A stretch of DNA of 63,844 bases, filler included, from Octopus bimaculoides (lineage: Eukaryota): the NCBI RefSeq assembly GCF_001194135.2. It is 5 parts of 5 records of this genome, joined end to end, with 100 filler letters (N's around TTAATTAATTAA, not from the genome) between each part and the next. Parts side by side here need not be neighbours in the genome. Positions count along the whole stretch, not along the records: positions 61,881 to 63,844 come from NW_026327738.1; 4 more parts are not named here. The stretch is one strand, 5' to 3'. A program made the position numbers and the translations under genes. The notes under the pieces were generated by a model. It worked only from the letters and a program-made list of their open reading frames with translations, had not been told where the DNA came from and searched no databases. Shown in pieces: positions 62,891 through 63,844 of the stretch; position 1 is the stretch's first letter, and the number at the start of each line of letters is the position of its first letter.

Positions 62891-63630
62891 TGCAAATAAT
62901 CTAAGTGGCAGATTTAAATCGTTATCCCAGCAGTAAATAAAATCAAGGCATATGCTCTCAATTCCCCTTGTTTGCATGGCTCTGCATTGAGAATGATAGA
63001 GATTTTGAATTATTGTTGCTGCATTCAGAAGTTCGATGGATGGTAATGGGAAACTGTCTGAAAGNNNNNNNNNNNNNNNNNNNNNNNNNNNNNNNNNNNN
63101 NNNNNNNNNNNNNNNNNNNNNNNNNNNTGAGGAACTAAATAACATCAAGCAGGACTCACAAAACTTAATGAAATTAATTTGCAACTGCAGGGAAATGAGG
63201 TTAAACCTTATCAAGGTAAAATCTTCTCTCTCCATGTTTCTCTCCTAGTGTGTTGTTCACACCTGGATGAGTTGCCCAGAGACATTTGACAGACTTCAGG
63301 ATACCTATTTTTGCTTAAAATTCCAGTCTGGGTGCTTCCTAGTTATCAGAAATGAGGTAACAAGATTAATGGGGGAAGAAATGGTTTCACTTTAAAATGA
63401 TATTGAGCTGAGGCCAAAGTTCAAAAAATCACATCAGGATTATTGCAAATGAACCTTTTTGACTGCTCCTCTGCTTTGTGGAACAATGCCTTCTCGGTGT
63501 CATATTCAATAGAGCAGGGCTTCAGCTTCTTTCTAAGCGAAGTAAAACTAGATTGAAAATTATTGAATGCAGGACTTAAGACTTCTAAGTGTCTTTCAGT
63601 CTGATGTTGGGAAGCTGCAAAAAATATGGA
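62891..63630 (+). mobile_element. hAT (Charlie/Buster-like) transposase C-terminal half, decayed
   Basis: VNKIKAYALNS; DFELLLLHSEVRWMVMGNCL (~LLLHTEVRWLSKG); KLNEINLQLQGNE; LKIPVWV; SVSYSIEQGFS (~PSSYLVERGFS). Confidence 0.88.
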
Positions 63631-63844
63631 AACAAGTAAAATGTAAATTTGCTCTTTCGTACTGTATAAACAGGAAAATAATGGGTTAACTAGGTTAAGC
63701 TTTATTTGTGAAATGCAATTGTTTTGAATTTGCAGTAGAAAAAGATCTATGCTTATAGAGATGTAGTAGTAGTAGTGGTGGTGGTGGGAGCACTAGGAAA
63801 GTGATCTGGGAACCAAGGGCAGCAGTTTGAAAAAGTTTGGAGAC

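Noticed and set aside
63425-63620. Minus-strand 64-codon frame after a good acceptor
   Set aside because: The plus strand is clearly hAT transposase, so this is an antisense shadow.

Overview
Repeat-rich, AT-rich eukaryotic DNA from a gapped short-read assembly. The SINE families and microsatellite density resemble octopus genomes (inference from recalled repeat families). I could not support any host protein-coding exon, and most ORFs in the track are microsatellite, N-gap or antisense artefacts. The window is a transposon graveyard: four RTE-type LINE fragments, a decayed Gypsy pol, a Helitron fragment nested inside an RTE, three hAT relics, a mariner, an internally deleted maT-like element, a CCHC-knuckle LINE ORF1, three 3' ends of an R4/Dong-like LINE, and many tRNA-derived SINEs of three families. 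Best leads: (i) a ~736-bp element with perfect 19-bp TIRs carrying only a decayed SAP+SWIM gene (4922-5657); (ii) a minimal type-I hammerhead ribozyme with an intact core (17151-17202) plus decayed relatives; (iii) an R4-like LINE 3' end that always lies in CA/CATA microsatellites and carries a hammerhead-like motif with a non-canonical core; (iv) a near-perfect 291-bp palindrome (41060-41350). All alignments were done by eye. Element boundaries are approximate unless stated.
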